Source: an uncultured Acidimicrobiaceae bacterium | Lineage (GTDB): Bacteria > Actinomycetota > Acidimicrobiia > Acidimicrobiales > SZUA-35 | Assembly (NCBI GenBank): GCA_964609665.1 | Contig: CAZSTV010000003.1 | Location: 26,219 to 84,219, forward strand | Direction of reading: 5' to 3' | DNA length: 58,001 nt | Shown here: piece after piece, positions 25,763 through 35,038 of the stretch | How the letters are laid out: every line of letters starts with the position of its first letter | Numbering within the stretch: the stretch's first letter is position 1 | Notes under the pieces: model-generated | Told to the model about the DNA's origin: nothing | What the model saw: the letters and a program-made list of their open reading frames with translations, nothing else | Databases searched by the model: none | Translations under genes and position numbers: made by a program

Positions 25763-27331
25763 ATGGCCTACCCGGGCATCCATGCCGCAAACAGACCAGA
25801 TCATCCGGCGGTCATCATGGCCACCTCCGGTGAGGTGCTCAGCTACGGCGAACTCGACGAGCGTTCCAATCAGTTGGCCCGGTTACTGCGAGCCCAGGGC
25901 CTGGGGCGGGGTGACCACATCGCCCTGTTCATGGAGAACCAGATTCGGTACATGGAAGTGGTCTGGGCGGGACTGCGCAGCGGGATCTACGTCACCGCGG
26001 TCAACAGCTTCCTGTCCCCCGATGAGGTGACGTACATCCTGAACGATTGTGATGCCAGGGTGATCATCAGTTCCCGGGCAAAGGCCGAGGTGGCAACGGC
26101 AATCGACGCCGCCTCCGTGCCGACGGCCGAGCGATGGTTGATGACCGACGGCGCGGCCACTGGAGATGACGCCAGCCCGGCCTGGGAATCATACGAGGCA
26201 GCGATCGAGCAGTTCGAGACAACGCCGATCGACGATGAGTCACCAGGGATGCCCATGCTCTACTCGTCTGGCACGACCGGTCGGCCAAAAGGGGTCCGGC
26301 GTCCACTCCCGGAGTACGGCATAGAGGTGATGGAGCCGCGGGTCGCCACCTTCTTCACCGATCAGTATCTGTACAGCGAGGACATGATCTACCTGTCACC
26401 GGCCCCGATGTACCACGCCGCCCCACTGGCGTTCTCCGCCGGGGTGCAACGCATCGGGGGCACGGTGGTGATGATGGAGCGGTTCGACGCTGCGGGCTGC
26501 CTCGCCGCCATTGAACGCTACAACGTGACCCACAGCCAGTTCGTGCCGACCATGTTCATTCGGATGCTCAAGTTGCCGGACGAGGAGCGCCTGGCCAGCG
26601 ACATCTCAACCTTGCAGATCGCCATCCACGCCGCGGCGCCGTGCCCCGTCCCGATCAAGCGCCAGATGATCGACTGGTGGGGTCCCATTCTGATGGAGTA
26701 CTACGCGGGCTCCGAGGGCAACGGCGCAACGTTCATCACCAGCGAGGAATGGCTGCAACGACCGGGATCGGTTGGCCAGCCACGAGCCGGTGCGCTCCAT
26801 GTCTGTGATGACGACGGGAACGAACTTGGCCCCGGTGAGATCGGCACCATATATTTCTCCGGCGGCGGCGAGTACGAGTACCACAAGGACCCGACCAAAA
26901 CCGCAGACGCCATGTTGCCAGGCGGTCGCACCACCCTCGGCGACATCGGCTACCTCGACGAGGACGGCTTCCTGTTCCTCACCGACCGCAAGGCCCACAT
27001 GATCATCAGCGGTGGGGTCAACATCTACCCCCAGGAGATCGAGGACACGCTCATCACCCACCCGTCGGTTGCCGACGTTGCCGTGTTTGGCGTGCCAGAT
27101 CAAGAGATGGGCGAGCAGGTCAAAGCCGTGGTGCAGGTCAGCCCCGGCGTTACCGCAGACGACAGGTTGGCGGCCGAGCTGATGACCTTCGCCCGGGACC
27201 GCATCGCTCACTACAAGTGCCCGCGCAGCGTCGACTTTTCCGAGGAACTCCCACGGCTGCCGACCGGCAAGCTGTACAAACGACTGCTGCGGGACCGCTA
27301 CTGGGGCAACAGCGAATCAAAGATCGTGTAG
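25763..27331 (+). CDS. AMP-forming acyl-CoA synthetase / fatty-acid-CoA ligase (ANL superfamily)
   Basis: Trimmed to ATG 25763, with AGGAGA 6 bp upstream. Motifs YSSGTTGRPKGV, GDIGYLDEDGFLFLTDRK and PRLPTGKLYKR are present. Confidence 0.85.
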   Translation: MAYPGIHAANRPDHPAVIMATSGEVLSYGELDERSNQLARLLRAQGLGRGDHIALFMENQIRYMEVVWAGLRSGIYVTAVNSFLSPDEVTYILNDCDARVIISSRAKAEVATAIDAASVPTAERWLMTDGAATGDDASPAWESYEAAIEQFETTPIDDESPGMPMLYSSGTTGRPKGVRRPLPEYGIEVMEPRVATFFTDQYLYSEDMIYLSPAPMYHAAPLAFSAGVQRIGGTVVMMERFDAAGCLAAIERYNVTHSQFVPTMFIRMLKLPDEERLASDISTLQIAIHAAAPCPVPIKRQMIDWWGPILMEYYAGSEGNGATFITSEEWLQRPGSVGQPRAGALHVCDDDGNELGPGEIGTIYFSGGGEYEYHKDPTKTADAMLPGGRTTLGDIGYLDEDGFLFLTDRKAHMIISGGVNIYPQEIEDTLITHPSVADVAVFGVPDQEMGEQVKAVVQVSPGVTADDRLAAELMTFARDRIAHYKCPRSVDFSEELPRLPTGKLYKRLLRDRYWGNSESKIV

Positions 27332-27369
27332 CACCGGTCCGACGACCCAGCGGTCTATCACCTAGTCAC

Positions 27370-28302
27370 CTAGTCACGCGGCAACTTCTCCACCCCGGTC
27401 ACCCGCAACGAGCGCGTCTTGACGTGGTCGGTCTCCCATGCGCCGACCGTGGCTTCCAGATCATCGATCTCCCACTGACCATCGGTGGAAGCAACGTCCA
27501 TCCTGGTCCACTCCAGATAGCGGGCAACCTGGTTGCCGCCGACCCAGTACACCTGACCGGTGGCCTGGCACTTCTCGGTGCAGAGCCAGGCGATCAGCGG
27601 GGAGATGTTGGCCGGGTCCCACTTGTCGAAACTTCCGTCCTCCGGTGCGCCGATCCGCTCGCCAAGACCAGGGGTCGCAAGGGTCATTCGGGTCCTGGCC
27701 GACGGGGCGATGGCATTGACCCGCACGCCGTAGCGGCCCATCTCCTGGGCGGCGATGATGGACATGGTGGCGATGCCGGACTTGGCCGCCCCGTAGTTTG
27801 ACTGCCCGGGGTTGGAGTGAAGGCCCGATGTGGACGAGGTGTTGACGATTGACGCCTGCACGGTTTCGCCGGCTTTTGCCTGCTCCCGCCAGTAGGCCCC
27901 AGCGTGACGCATCATCAGCCACGTGCCTTTGAGGTGGACGGCGATGACCGCATCGAACTCATCCTCGGTCATGTTGACCAGCATCCGGTCACGAAGAATG
28001 CCGGCGTTGTTCACCACACCGTGAAGTCCTCCGAACGACTCGATGGCGGTGTTCACCATGCGCTGCGCACCTTCCCAGTCCGCAACCGAATCGCCGTTGA
28101 CCACCGCGGCGCCTCCGGCGGCGGTGATCTCGTCAACCACTTCCTGGGCCGGACCGGTGCTGCCACCGCTGCCGTCCTGTTCTCCGCCCAGATCGTTGAC
28201 CACAACGCTCGCACCCTCGGCCGCCAGCAGCAGCGCGTGCTCTCGGCCCACCCCGCGGCCGGCACCGGTGACAATGACTACCCGTCCATCGAGATGACCC
28301 AT
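27370..28302 (-). CDS. Short-chain dehydrogenase/reductase (classical SDR)
   Basis: Trimmed to MGHLDGRVVIVTGAGRGVGRE.... NNAG and YGAAK (YxxxK) are present. Confidence 0.85.
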   Translation of the reverse strand: MGHLDGRVVIVTGAGRGVGREHALLLAAEGASVVVNDLGGEQDGSGGSTGPAQEVVDEITAAGGAAVVNGDSVADWEGAQRMVNTAIESFGGLHGVVNNAGILRDRMLVNMTEDEFDAVIAVHLKGTWLMMRHAGAYWREQAKAGETVQASIVNTSSTSGLHSNPGQSNYGAAKSGIATMSIIAAQEMGRYGVRVNAIAPSARTRMTLATPGLGERIGAPEDGSFDKWDPANISPLIAWLCTEKCQATGQVYWVGGNQVARYLEWTRMDVASTDGQWEIDDLEATVGAWETDHVKTRSLRVTGVEKLPRD

Positions 28303-28462
28303 GACTACTCCTCCTCGGATCGACCGCCGGACCACCCCGGTCGGCAATATGGGCACGACCCTAGTGCATCCGTCGCCGAGGGCCGAATGGACTGCCGCAC
28401 CGCTGCGGCAGGTCCCGAAGGCGTTTCCACAGATGCGCGACCTGTGCTCTAAGGTGCGGGAC

Positions 28463-29266
28463 ATGAGCGACTTTGGCACCTTTGGTGACGTCCACGTAAC
28501 CCTCGGCGACGATCACGTTGCGACCGCGGAGGTGCAGCGACCGCCGAACAACTTCTTCGACCTTGCCCTTATCGATTCGCTGGCTGAGGCGTTCGCCGCG
28601 GTTGACGGCGACCCGAACGCCAGGGCCATCGTGTTGTGCTCCGACGGGAAACACTTTTGTGCCGGCGCGAACTTTGCAGCGCGGGCCGCTGGCGAAGAAC
28701 CGCCACCACCGCTAAACCCCGACGGCACCCCTCGCCATCTGTATGACGCCGCGGTCGCACTGTTCTCCACCGCAACGCCGGTGGTGGCTGCGGTTCAGGG
28801 AGCGGCAATCGGCGGCGGCCTCGGGTTGGCCTGCATGCCGGACTTTCGCATCGCGGCGCCGGAAGCCCGCTTCGCGGCGAACTTCGCACGGCTCGGCTTC
28901 CATCATGGCTTTGCGCTTTCCGAGACGCTGCCCGCCATCGTCGGAAAACAGCGGGCCCTCGAACTGCTCTACACCGGTCGCCGGATCAACGGTGAGGAAG
29001 CGGCACGCATCGGCTTGGCGGATCGGGTGGTCCCCCTGGCTGACCTTCGCCGGGAGGCCAACGATCTGGCGGCGGAGATCGCAGCGTCGGCGCCACTGGC
29101 CGTCGCTTCCATTCGCGAAACGATGCGCGGCGACATTGCGCAGCGGGTGCGAGCAGCAACCGACAGGGAGCTGGCAGAGCAGGATCGTCTGCAACAAACC
29201 AATGACTGGCGTGAGGGCGTGAAGGCCATGGCCGACCGTCGCACCCCGGACTTCACCGGAACGTAG
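28463..29266 (+). CDS. Enoyl-CoA hydratase/isomerase (crotonase family)
   Basis: Trimmed to ATG 28463 (MSDFGTFGDVHV...). ...RAIVLCSDGKHFCAGANF... and AVQGAAIGGGLGLACMPDFRIAAPEARF are oxyanion-hole-type motifs. Confidence 0.85.
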   Translation: MSDFGTFGDVHVTLGDDHVATAEVQRPPNNFFDLALIDSLAEAFAAVDGDPNARAIVLCSDGKHFCAGANFAARAAGEEPPPPLNPDGTPRHLYDAAVALFSTATPVVAAVQGAAIGGGLGLACMPDFRIAAPEARFAANFARLGFHHGFALSETLPAIVGKQRALELLYTGRRINGEEAARIGLADRVVPLADLRREANDLAAEIAASAPLAVASIRETMRGDIAQRVRAATDRELAEQDRLQQTNDWREGVKAMADRRTPDFTGT

Positions 29267-29308
29267 TTCGGGGTAAGAGAACCACGTCCCGGCGAAATCA
29301 ACCAGGGG

Positions 29309-29879
29309 TTATCGCCGATCGGCGATCTCCTTGGTAATCGTCTCGACGATGCTCACATCCGCAAGGGTGGTCACATCGCCAAGTTCGGTCCCCTCCGCCA
29401 GGTCTTTCAACAGGCGGCGCATGATCTTGCCCGACCTGGTCTTTGGCAACTCCGGCAACATCACCACCTCTGCCGGTTTTGCGATGGGGCTGATCAGCTT
29501 TGCCACATGATCCCGAAGGTCGATCTCCAGGGCGGGCTCGGCCGAAAATTCTCCTCGCAAGATGACAAAGGCAGAGATGGCCTGGCCCGTGGTTGCATCT
29601 GCACCGCACTGGTCCTCGAAGACGACAAACGCCGGTTCGGTCGAACTCGAGACACCAGACTGGTAGACCGGGCTCCTGCCAGACGAGTCATGATGAGCGG
29701 CTTCGGCTACCTCATCGTTGGTATGTTGGCCGGCTGGTTCCACCCCATCGCGGCCACCACCTTCCTTGTCCTGACACTTGTGGACTGTGCGGCCGATCAC
29801 CACGTTGCCCAGGCCGTTGAAGCCACCAGCGCCAGGGCGAACGATCGAACCAGCGGCGGCGGGTGAGCTCCGGGTGGGG
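29309..29879 (-). pseudogene. Remnant of an acetyl-CoA synthetase (acs) gene: C-terminal domain only, decayed upstream part, no credible start
   Basis: The 3' part encodes GQAISAFVILRGE...HVAKLISPIAKPAEVVMLPELPKTRSGKIMRRLLKDLAEG..LGDVTTLADVSIVE, which is the Acs C-terminus as remembered. Only fuzzy Acs-like strings occur further upstream (AGSIVRPGAGG..., VAEAAHHD). The rest of track ORF 29309..30268 overlaps the SDR gene in another frame. Confidence 0.55.
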
Positions 29880-30692
29880 CTAGGCGTATTCGATCTCGAA
29901 CAGTTCTCGCATGGCCTTCGCCGCTTCTTCATCATCGGCGCTTCGCAGCTCCCTGACCATGTCGGCGTACACCCCGAGCGTGTAGCGAAACGCCGGATGT
30001 TCTGCGGCCAAGACTTTCCGTAGGACCTTGACCACGGTGTCCGGGTCCTCGACGTGGCACCCGAAGTGACTAACCGATCGACGCAGCGCGTCATAACCAT
30101 CACCAATGCCAGAGCCATCGGCAAGTGAGCTCGGTGGCAGGTTGTATTCTCGTTCATCCGCCGGCGCGGCTTGGATGGTGGACACACGAATGGCGAACGG
30201 CGAAAGCTCATGACGTAGCGCGTCGAGCGCCGCCTCAAACCCCGCCCGAGCCGCACAGGATATTGCACCGCCGGGAAGGCCGATCATCGCAGCGATGGAC
30301 GTGATGCCAACAATCCGTGCCCGCTCCGACCGACGCAAATGAGGAATGGCGGCCTGCACCAGTTGCAGCTGTCCGATGAGGTTGTGGCCGAGCAGCTCGC
30401 TCATATCCTCGGGTCCGACCTGCTCAAGGGGCGCAAACGTTCCTACCACCCCGTTCGCCACCACCACATCGAGACTCGGCAGCAGGTCTGCCGCTGCTGC
30501 CACTCCCGCCGCCACTGATGAGCGGTCCAGCAGGTCCATCTCAAGCGGGATGATTCCGAGCCCGAGCGCGCCGGACCTCGGCAGATCTCCCGACCGGGAC
30601 GCGGCCACCACCTGGTGTCCGGCGTCGGCCAGGCCAACCGCGAGGCGCTCGCCAAGGTTTGAATCCGCTTCGGTTACAAGCACGGTCGACAT
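29880..30692 (-). CDS. SDR-fold protein with degenerate cofactor and catalytic motifs
   Basis: 270 aa with SDR-like order of elements. TGxxxGxG reads TEADSNLG, and the YxxxK position reads SCAAR (GGAISCAARAGFEAAL). Confidence 0.65.
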   Translation of the reverse strand: MSTVLVTEADSNLGERLAVGLADAGHQVVAASRSGDLPRSGALGLGIIPLEMDLLDRSSVAAGVAAAADLLPSLDVVVANGVVGTFAPLEQVGPEDMSELLGHNLIGQLQLVQAAIPHLRRSERARIVGITSIAAMIGLPGGAISCAARAGFEAALDALRHELSPFAIRVSTIQAAPADEREYNLPPSSLADGSGIGDGYDALRRSVSHFGCHVEDPDTVVKVLRKVLAAEHPAFRYTLGVYADMVRELRSADDEEAAKAMRELFEIEYA

Positions 30693-30783
30693 GTATGTCT
30701 CCCCTCACAGTTCGGCGTTACGTAAGCTGCTTACGGCCCAACGGTACCCCGCTACTACCAGTTGCTAGCTATGACTTAGGGCA

Positions 30784-30801
30784 CGCTTGCATTTGCAAGC
30801 G
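30784..30801. promoter_or_regulatory. Perfect 8-2-8 palindrome CGCTTGCA-TT-TGCAAGCG upstream of the nuclease gene (candidate operator)
   Basis: Checked base by base. It lies about 120 bp upstream of ATG 30924, in the 231-bp divergent intergenic region. Confidence 0.35.
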
Positions 30802-30923
30802 ATTGGGAATGGGCTTCGGGCAAGTGGGGTTTTGCGCCGGCGATCAGATCCGGGCAATTCCACCCTCCCTCCAGGTGAGTTCACTTAATAGGATTCTTTG
30901 AAACCACTACTGAGGAGGGCGGG

Positions 30924-33900
30924 ATGACTCAAAACATGCCGATCCGGCGGACACCGAGGTCCAAGCTACTACTAGTAATTATCGCGGCACTTGGAATGTT
31001 GGGGACCCTGGTCGTACCAGGTCCGGCCGACGCTGCGGAAGGCGCCACCACCATCATGGAGGTCCAGGGCGACAACCACCTGTCGCCGATGGTGGGCGAG
31101 ACCGTGACAACCTCGGGCATCGTCACCGCAGTAGCGTTCTCCGGCTTCTACATGCAGGATCCCACGGGTGACGGCGACGACAACACGTCAGACGGCATCT
31201 TCGTTTTCACCGGCAGCAACCCAGGGGTGACCGCTGGAGATGAGGTGGAAGTGACCGGTACGGTCAGCGAGTTCATCGGTGGCGGCCCCGACACTGGCAA
31301 CCTCTCCATCACCCAAATTTCCGGCGATGCCACCGTGCTGAGCAGCGGCAACCCGCTCCCCGCACCGGTCGAAATCGGCAGGCGTGGTCGGACCGCTCCA
31401 TCGGACGTTGTGATCTCCGAAGACGAGCTCCCGACCAACCTCCAGACCGACGCCGCCGTCTTCAATCCCGACGTCGACGCCATCGACTTCTACGAGACCA
31501 TGGAAGGCATGTATGTAGAGGTCGTGCTGCCGGTAGCCACCTCGGCCACCCGTCAGTTCAACTCGTTCTCGAGCGAGTTCTTCGCCCTCCCAAGTCGAGG
31601 AAACACCGTGACACCACGGGACGCCCTCAGCGATCGAGGCGGCATCCTTCTTCAGCCGGACCCGGACAACACCGGCGACCAGAACGGCGATCGAATCCAG
31701 ATCCAGTTCGACGGCACCATCTACCCTGCCGATCCACCGGCGATCAAGGTCGGCGACAGGCTTCGGGACATTCGGGGCGTTGTCGGCTACTCCTTTGGCA
31801 ACTACGAGGTGAACGCCACCCAGGAGCTGAGCATCCCGCAGGGCAATACCCGGGAAGAGCGGACCAGCCTTCGCGGTTCCGGTAACCGAGTCTCGGTTGC
31901 CACCTACAACGTGTTGAACCTCAGCCCAGATGCGTCGGACGACGCGCAGCGGGCCAAGCTGGCGGAACAGGTTGTATACAACCTTCGTTCCCCGGACGTC
32001 ATTGCACTGCAGGAGATTCAGGACAACTCCGGTGAGCTCAACGACGGTGTGACCGCGGCAGACCAGACCCTTACCGCGCTGGTGGACGCAATCGCCGCCG
32101 CCGGTGGTCCGACCTACAGCTACTTCGATTTCACCCCCGCTGACGGCCAATTCGGTGGCATCCCGGGCGGCAACATTCGAAACGCCTTCCTGTACAACGC
32201 CGATCGTGTTGACATGCTCGACTCGGTGTCACTGAGCCCGGCGTTGCTGGCCCAACTCGGCGTTGAGAACCCGGATGCCTGGGCCGACAGTCGGTCCCCG
32301 CTCGTCGGTCTGTTCTCCTTCGACGGCAAACCGTTCACCGTGGTCAACGTGCACAACACGTCCCGCTTCGGGTCAACCCCGATCTTCGGTGGACCGCAGC
32401 CCTTCGTTCAGGCCGGTGAGCAGGCCAGAGAAGATCAGGCCGCGGCACTCAACGTGTTTGTCGACACCATTCTGGCCGACAACCCCGACGCCAGCGTGAT
32501 GATCGCCGGTGACTTCAACACCTTTGAGTGGACAAACGATCTTGCCGACATCCTCCCCGGCGAAGACGATGTGGTGACCAACCTGTTGCTCACCCCGTCG
32601 CTGTCCTCGACCGACCGAGATGACCTGTACACCTTCATCTTTGATGGAAACTCCCAGGCGCTCGATCACTTCTTCGTGACGGAGAACCTCCGGCCCGTGG
32701 TCCGCAGCAGGGTCGACATCGTTCACGTGAACGTCGACTTCCCTCGGCTGTTCAGCGAGGTCACGGCCAGCGACCACGAGCCGATCGTCGGCCGGTTCAG
32801 AGTGCCGCAGTCCTCGGGGCCGACCGAGCTGCCGAAGCTGTCCGGAGAAGCACTGAGCCTCCAGGTGCTGCATGCCTCTGACCTCGAAGGCGGTGTGGAG
32901 GCCCTCGACCGGGCCACCAACTTCGCCGCCATCGTCGATTCGCTTGAGGACTCATCGGACGTTGACGCCTCGGTGACAATCTCAGCAGGCGACAACTACA
33001 TCCCCGGTCCGTTCTTCGGAGCCTCCGGCAACGGCGGCCTTCGCGATGTCTTCCAGGCCCTGTATCAGGACTTCTACGATGAGCCCGGTCTGACCAACAT
33101 CCGTGAGGACGGCGGTCGGGGCGACATAACCATCATGAACATCATCGGCTTCGACGCCTCGGCACTCGGTAACCACGAGTTCGACGCAGGAACCGATGCC
33201 ATCGCAAGCATCGCCGGTCAGGACGTCCGAGGGTCCACCCTCGGCGACGTTCGCTGGCTTGGTGCGACCTTCCCCTATCTGAGCGCCAACCTGGACTTCT
33301 CCCAGGACGGCAACCTCAGTGGGCTCTTCACCTCTGACCTGCTGGACAGCACGGCCTTCGCCGCAACTCCAGCTGAGGCGATCGCCGGTGCGAACCCACC
33401 AAAGATCGCTCCGTCGACGATCATCAACGTCGACGGTGGTCAGCAGATCGGTGTGGTCGGTGCGACCACCCAGCTGCTCGCGCAGATTTCTTCGCCCGGC
33501 GCCACCTCGGTGATCGGCGGGACCGGCAACAATATGCCGGCGCTGGCAGCGTTGCTGCAGCCGGAGATCGATGCCCTTGAAGCCGCCGGTGTAAACAAGA
33601 TCATCGTCACAAGCCACCTGCAGCAGCTGGCCTTGGAAGAGGAACTAGCAACGCTGCTTGACGGTGTCGACATCATCATCGCCGGAGGGTCCGACAGCCT
33701 GTTGGCAAACGATGATGACAACCTGCGGCCCGGCGACGCTGCCGATCGGCCGTATCCGGTGACGGCGACCGATGCTGGCGGTGACCCTGTGGCCATCGTC
33801 AGTACCGACGGCCAGTACAGCTACGTCGGCCGCTTGGTCGTCGACTTTGACAGCGCCGGCGTGCTCGACCTCACAGGACTTGATCTGGCACTGAACGGCC

Positions 33901-34820
33901 CGGTCAAGACCGATGACACCGAAGTGGAAGCGCTCTGGGGTTCGGTTGCGGCCGCGACCGCCGACGGAACAAAGGGCGGACAGGTCAAGACCCTGGTAGA
34001 CGCCATCAGTGGAATCGTGCTTGCTTCGGATGGCAACGTCCTCGGTGAAAGCTCGGTCTTCCTCGACGGTCGCCGCAGCCAGGTCCGGACCGAAGAAACC
34101 AACTTCGGTGACTTGAGCGCTGACGCCAACCTGGCTGAAGCCCAAGCCTTCGACGATTCGGTAGTCATGTCGATCAAGAACGGTGGCGGTATCCGGGCCG
34201 CTATCGGTGAAATCGACAGCAACGGCAACCTGCTGCCGCCTCCGGCCAACCCGTTGGCCGGAAAGCTGGCGGGCCAGGTCAGCCAGCTTGACCTCGAAAA
34301 CAGCCTTCGGTTCAACAACGGCCTTTCGTTGCTGACGCTGACGGCTGAGGAACTGCTGGCGGTCGTTGAGCACGCTGTTGCAGCGACCGAACCGGGGGCT
34401 ACCCCCGGTCAGTTCGCTCAGATCGGCGGTGCCCGCTTCGAATACGACTCATCAGCAGCGGCCGGATCCCGGATCCAGACTCTGGTGCTGACCGATGCCT
34501 CCGGCGCTGACTCCGAGACCATCGTTGCCGAGGGTGCCCTTGTGGTGGATGCGGCTTCGACGTATCGCATCGTCACCCTCAACTTCCTGGCCGGTGGCGG
34601 CGACGGGTATCCCTTTGATGCCCTTGCGGCCGGCGACCGGGTTGACCTGACCGACGTGCTTACCGCTGACGGTGCGGCGACCTTCACCGACGCCGGATCG
34701 GAGCAGGACGCACTGGCTGAATTCCTGATCGCCAACCACGGCATTGGTGACGGCACGCCGTTTGCCGCTGCCGAGACCCCGGCGGATCAGGACACCAGAA
34801 TCGTCGACATCGCAGGCTGA
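30924..34820 (+). CDS. Secreted ExeM/NucH-type extracellular endonuclease (EEP domain) fused to a UshA-like 5'-nucleotidase / metallophosphoesterase
   Basis: GAGGAGG RBS and a signal peptide (LLLVIIAALGMLGTLVVPGPADA). The ExeM/NucH N-terminus is IMEVQGDNHLSPMVGETVTTSGIVTAV..GFYMQDP..DDNTSDGIFVF. EEP motifs are ATYNVLN, ALQEIQD, AGDFN and SDHEPIV. The metallophosphatase motifs are LHASDLEG, GDNYIPGPFF and GNHEFD, with a 5'-NT C-domain (NFGDLSADA, IKNGGGIRA). Confidence 0.85.
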   Translation: MTQNMPIRRTPRSKLLLVIIAALGMLGTLVVPGPADAAEGATTIMEVQGDNHLSPMVGETVTTSGIVTAVAFSGFYMQDPTGDGDDNTSDGIFVFTGSNPGVTAGDEVEVTGTVSEFIGGGPDTGNLSITQISGDATVLSSGNPLPAPVEIGRRGRTAPSDVVISEDELPTNLQTDAAVFNPDVDAIDFYETMEGMYVEVVLPVATSATRQFNSFSSEFFALPSRGNTVTPRDALSDRGGILLQPDPDNTGDQNGDRIQIQFDGTIYPADPPAIKVGDRLRDIRGVVGYSFGNYEVNATQELSIPQGNTREERTSLRGSGNRVSVATYNVLNLSPDASDDAQRAKLAEQVVYNLRSPDVIALQEIQDNSGELNDGVTAADQTLTALVDAIAAAGGPTYSYFDFTPADGQFGGIPGGNIRNAFLYNADRVDMLDSVSLSPALLAQLGVENPDAWADSRSPLVGLFSFDGKPFTVVNVHNTSRFGSTPIFGGPQPFVQAGEQAREDQAAALNVFVDTILADNPDASVMIAGDFNTFEWTNDLADILPGEDDVVTNLLLTPSLSSTDRDDLYTFIFDGNSQALDHFFVTENLRPVVRSRVDIVHVNVDFPRLFSEVTASDHEPIVGRFRVPQSSGPTELPKLSGEALSLQVLHASDLEGGVEALDRATNFAAIVDSLEDSSDVDASVTISAGDNYIPGPFFGASGNGGLRDVFQALYQDFYDEPGLTNIREDGGRGDITIMNIIGFDASALGNHEFDAGTDAIASIAGQDVRGSTLGDVRWLGATFPYLSANLDFSQDGNLSGLFTSDLLDSTAFAATPAEAIAGANPPKIAPSTIINVDGGQQIGVVGATTQLLAQISSPGATSVIGGTGNNMPALAALLQPEIDALEAAGVNKIIVTSHLQQLALEEELATLLDGVDIIIAGGSDSLLANDDDNLRPGDAADRPYPVTATDAGGDPVAIVSTDGQYSYVGRLVVDFDSAGVLDLTGLDLALNGPVKTDDTEVEALWGSVAAATADGTKGGQVKTLVDAISGIVLASDGNVLGESSVFLDGRRSQVRTEETNFGDLSADANLAEAQAFDDSVVMSIKNGGGIRAAIGEIDSNGNLLPPPANPLAGKLAGQVSQLDLENSLRFNNGLSLLTLTAEELLAVVEHAVAATEPGATPGQFAQIGGARFEYDSSAAAGSRIQTLVLTDASGADSETIVAEGALVVDAASTYRIVTLNFLAGGGDGYPFDALAAGDRVDLTDVLTADGAATFTDAGSEQDALAEFLIANHGIGDGTPFAAAETPADQDTRIVDIAG

Positions 34821-34844
34821 CCTGACCAGTTGTAACTCGCGGTA

Positions 34845-34884
34845 CGCCGCCCGGTCCCGAGAGGGGCCGGGCGGCGCCGCGTTT
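34845..34884 (+). terminator. Putative intrinsic terminator after the nuclease gene
   Basis: A 10-bp perfect GC stem, CGCCGCCCGG (34845-34854) pairing with CCGGGCGGCG (34867-34876), followed by ..GTTT. The T-tract is weak. Confidence 0.4.
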
Positions 34885-35038
34885 GGTCCACTGGCGGGTG
34901 AACGGACGCTGCACCGACTGTGGGTGGCACCGTCGAGGGCGTGGGCTCGCAAACCATCGCATACCGTTAGTCCTGAACGATCTCGTTGGCTGACGACCTG
35001 GTTGGCTGACGGCCTAGTTGAAAACAAGGGGCAAGAAC

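Noticed and set aside
27358-27377. 8-bp tandem repeat TCACCTAG x2.5 at the convergent junction of the acyl-CoA synthetase and SDR genes
   Set aside because: It is very short and simply contains the SDR stop codon. There is no hairpin or conserved-looking structure.
29880-30268. Upstream half of track ORF 29309..30268
   Set aside because: It overlaps the SDR-fold gene (29880..30692) in a different frame and has no Acs-like sequence. Only 29309-29879 is treated as the acs remnant.
30879-30884. GTTCAC hexamer upstream of the nuclease/5'-nucleotidase gene, considered as a PhoP (PHO box) direct-repeat unit
   Set aside because: Only a single unit is present, with no second 11-nt-spaced repeat. 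The species-specific motif is unknown, so there is not enough to call it.
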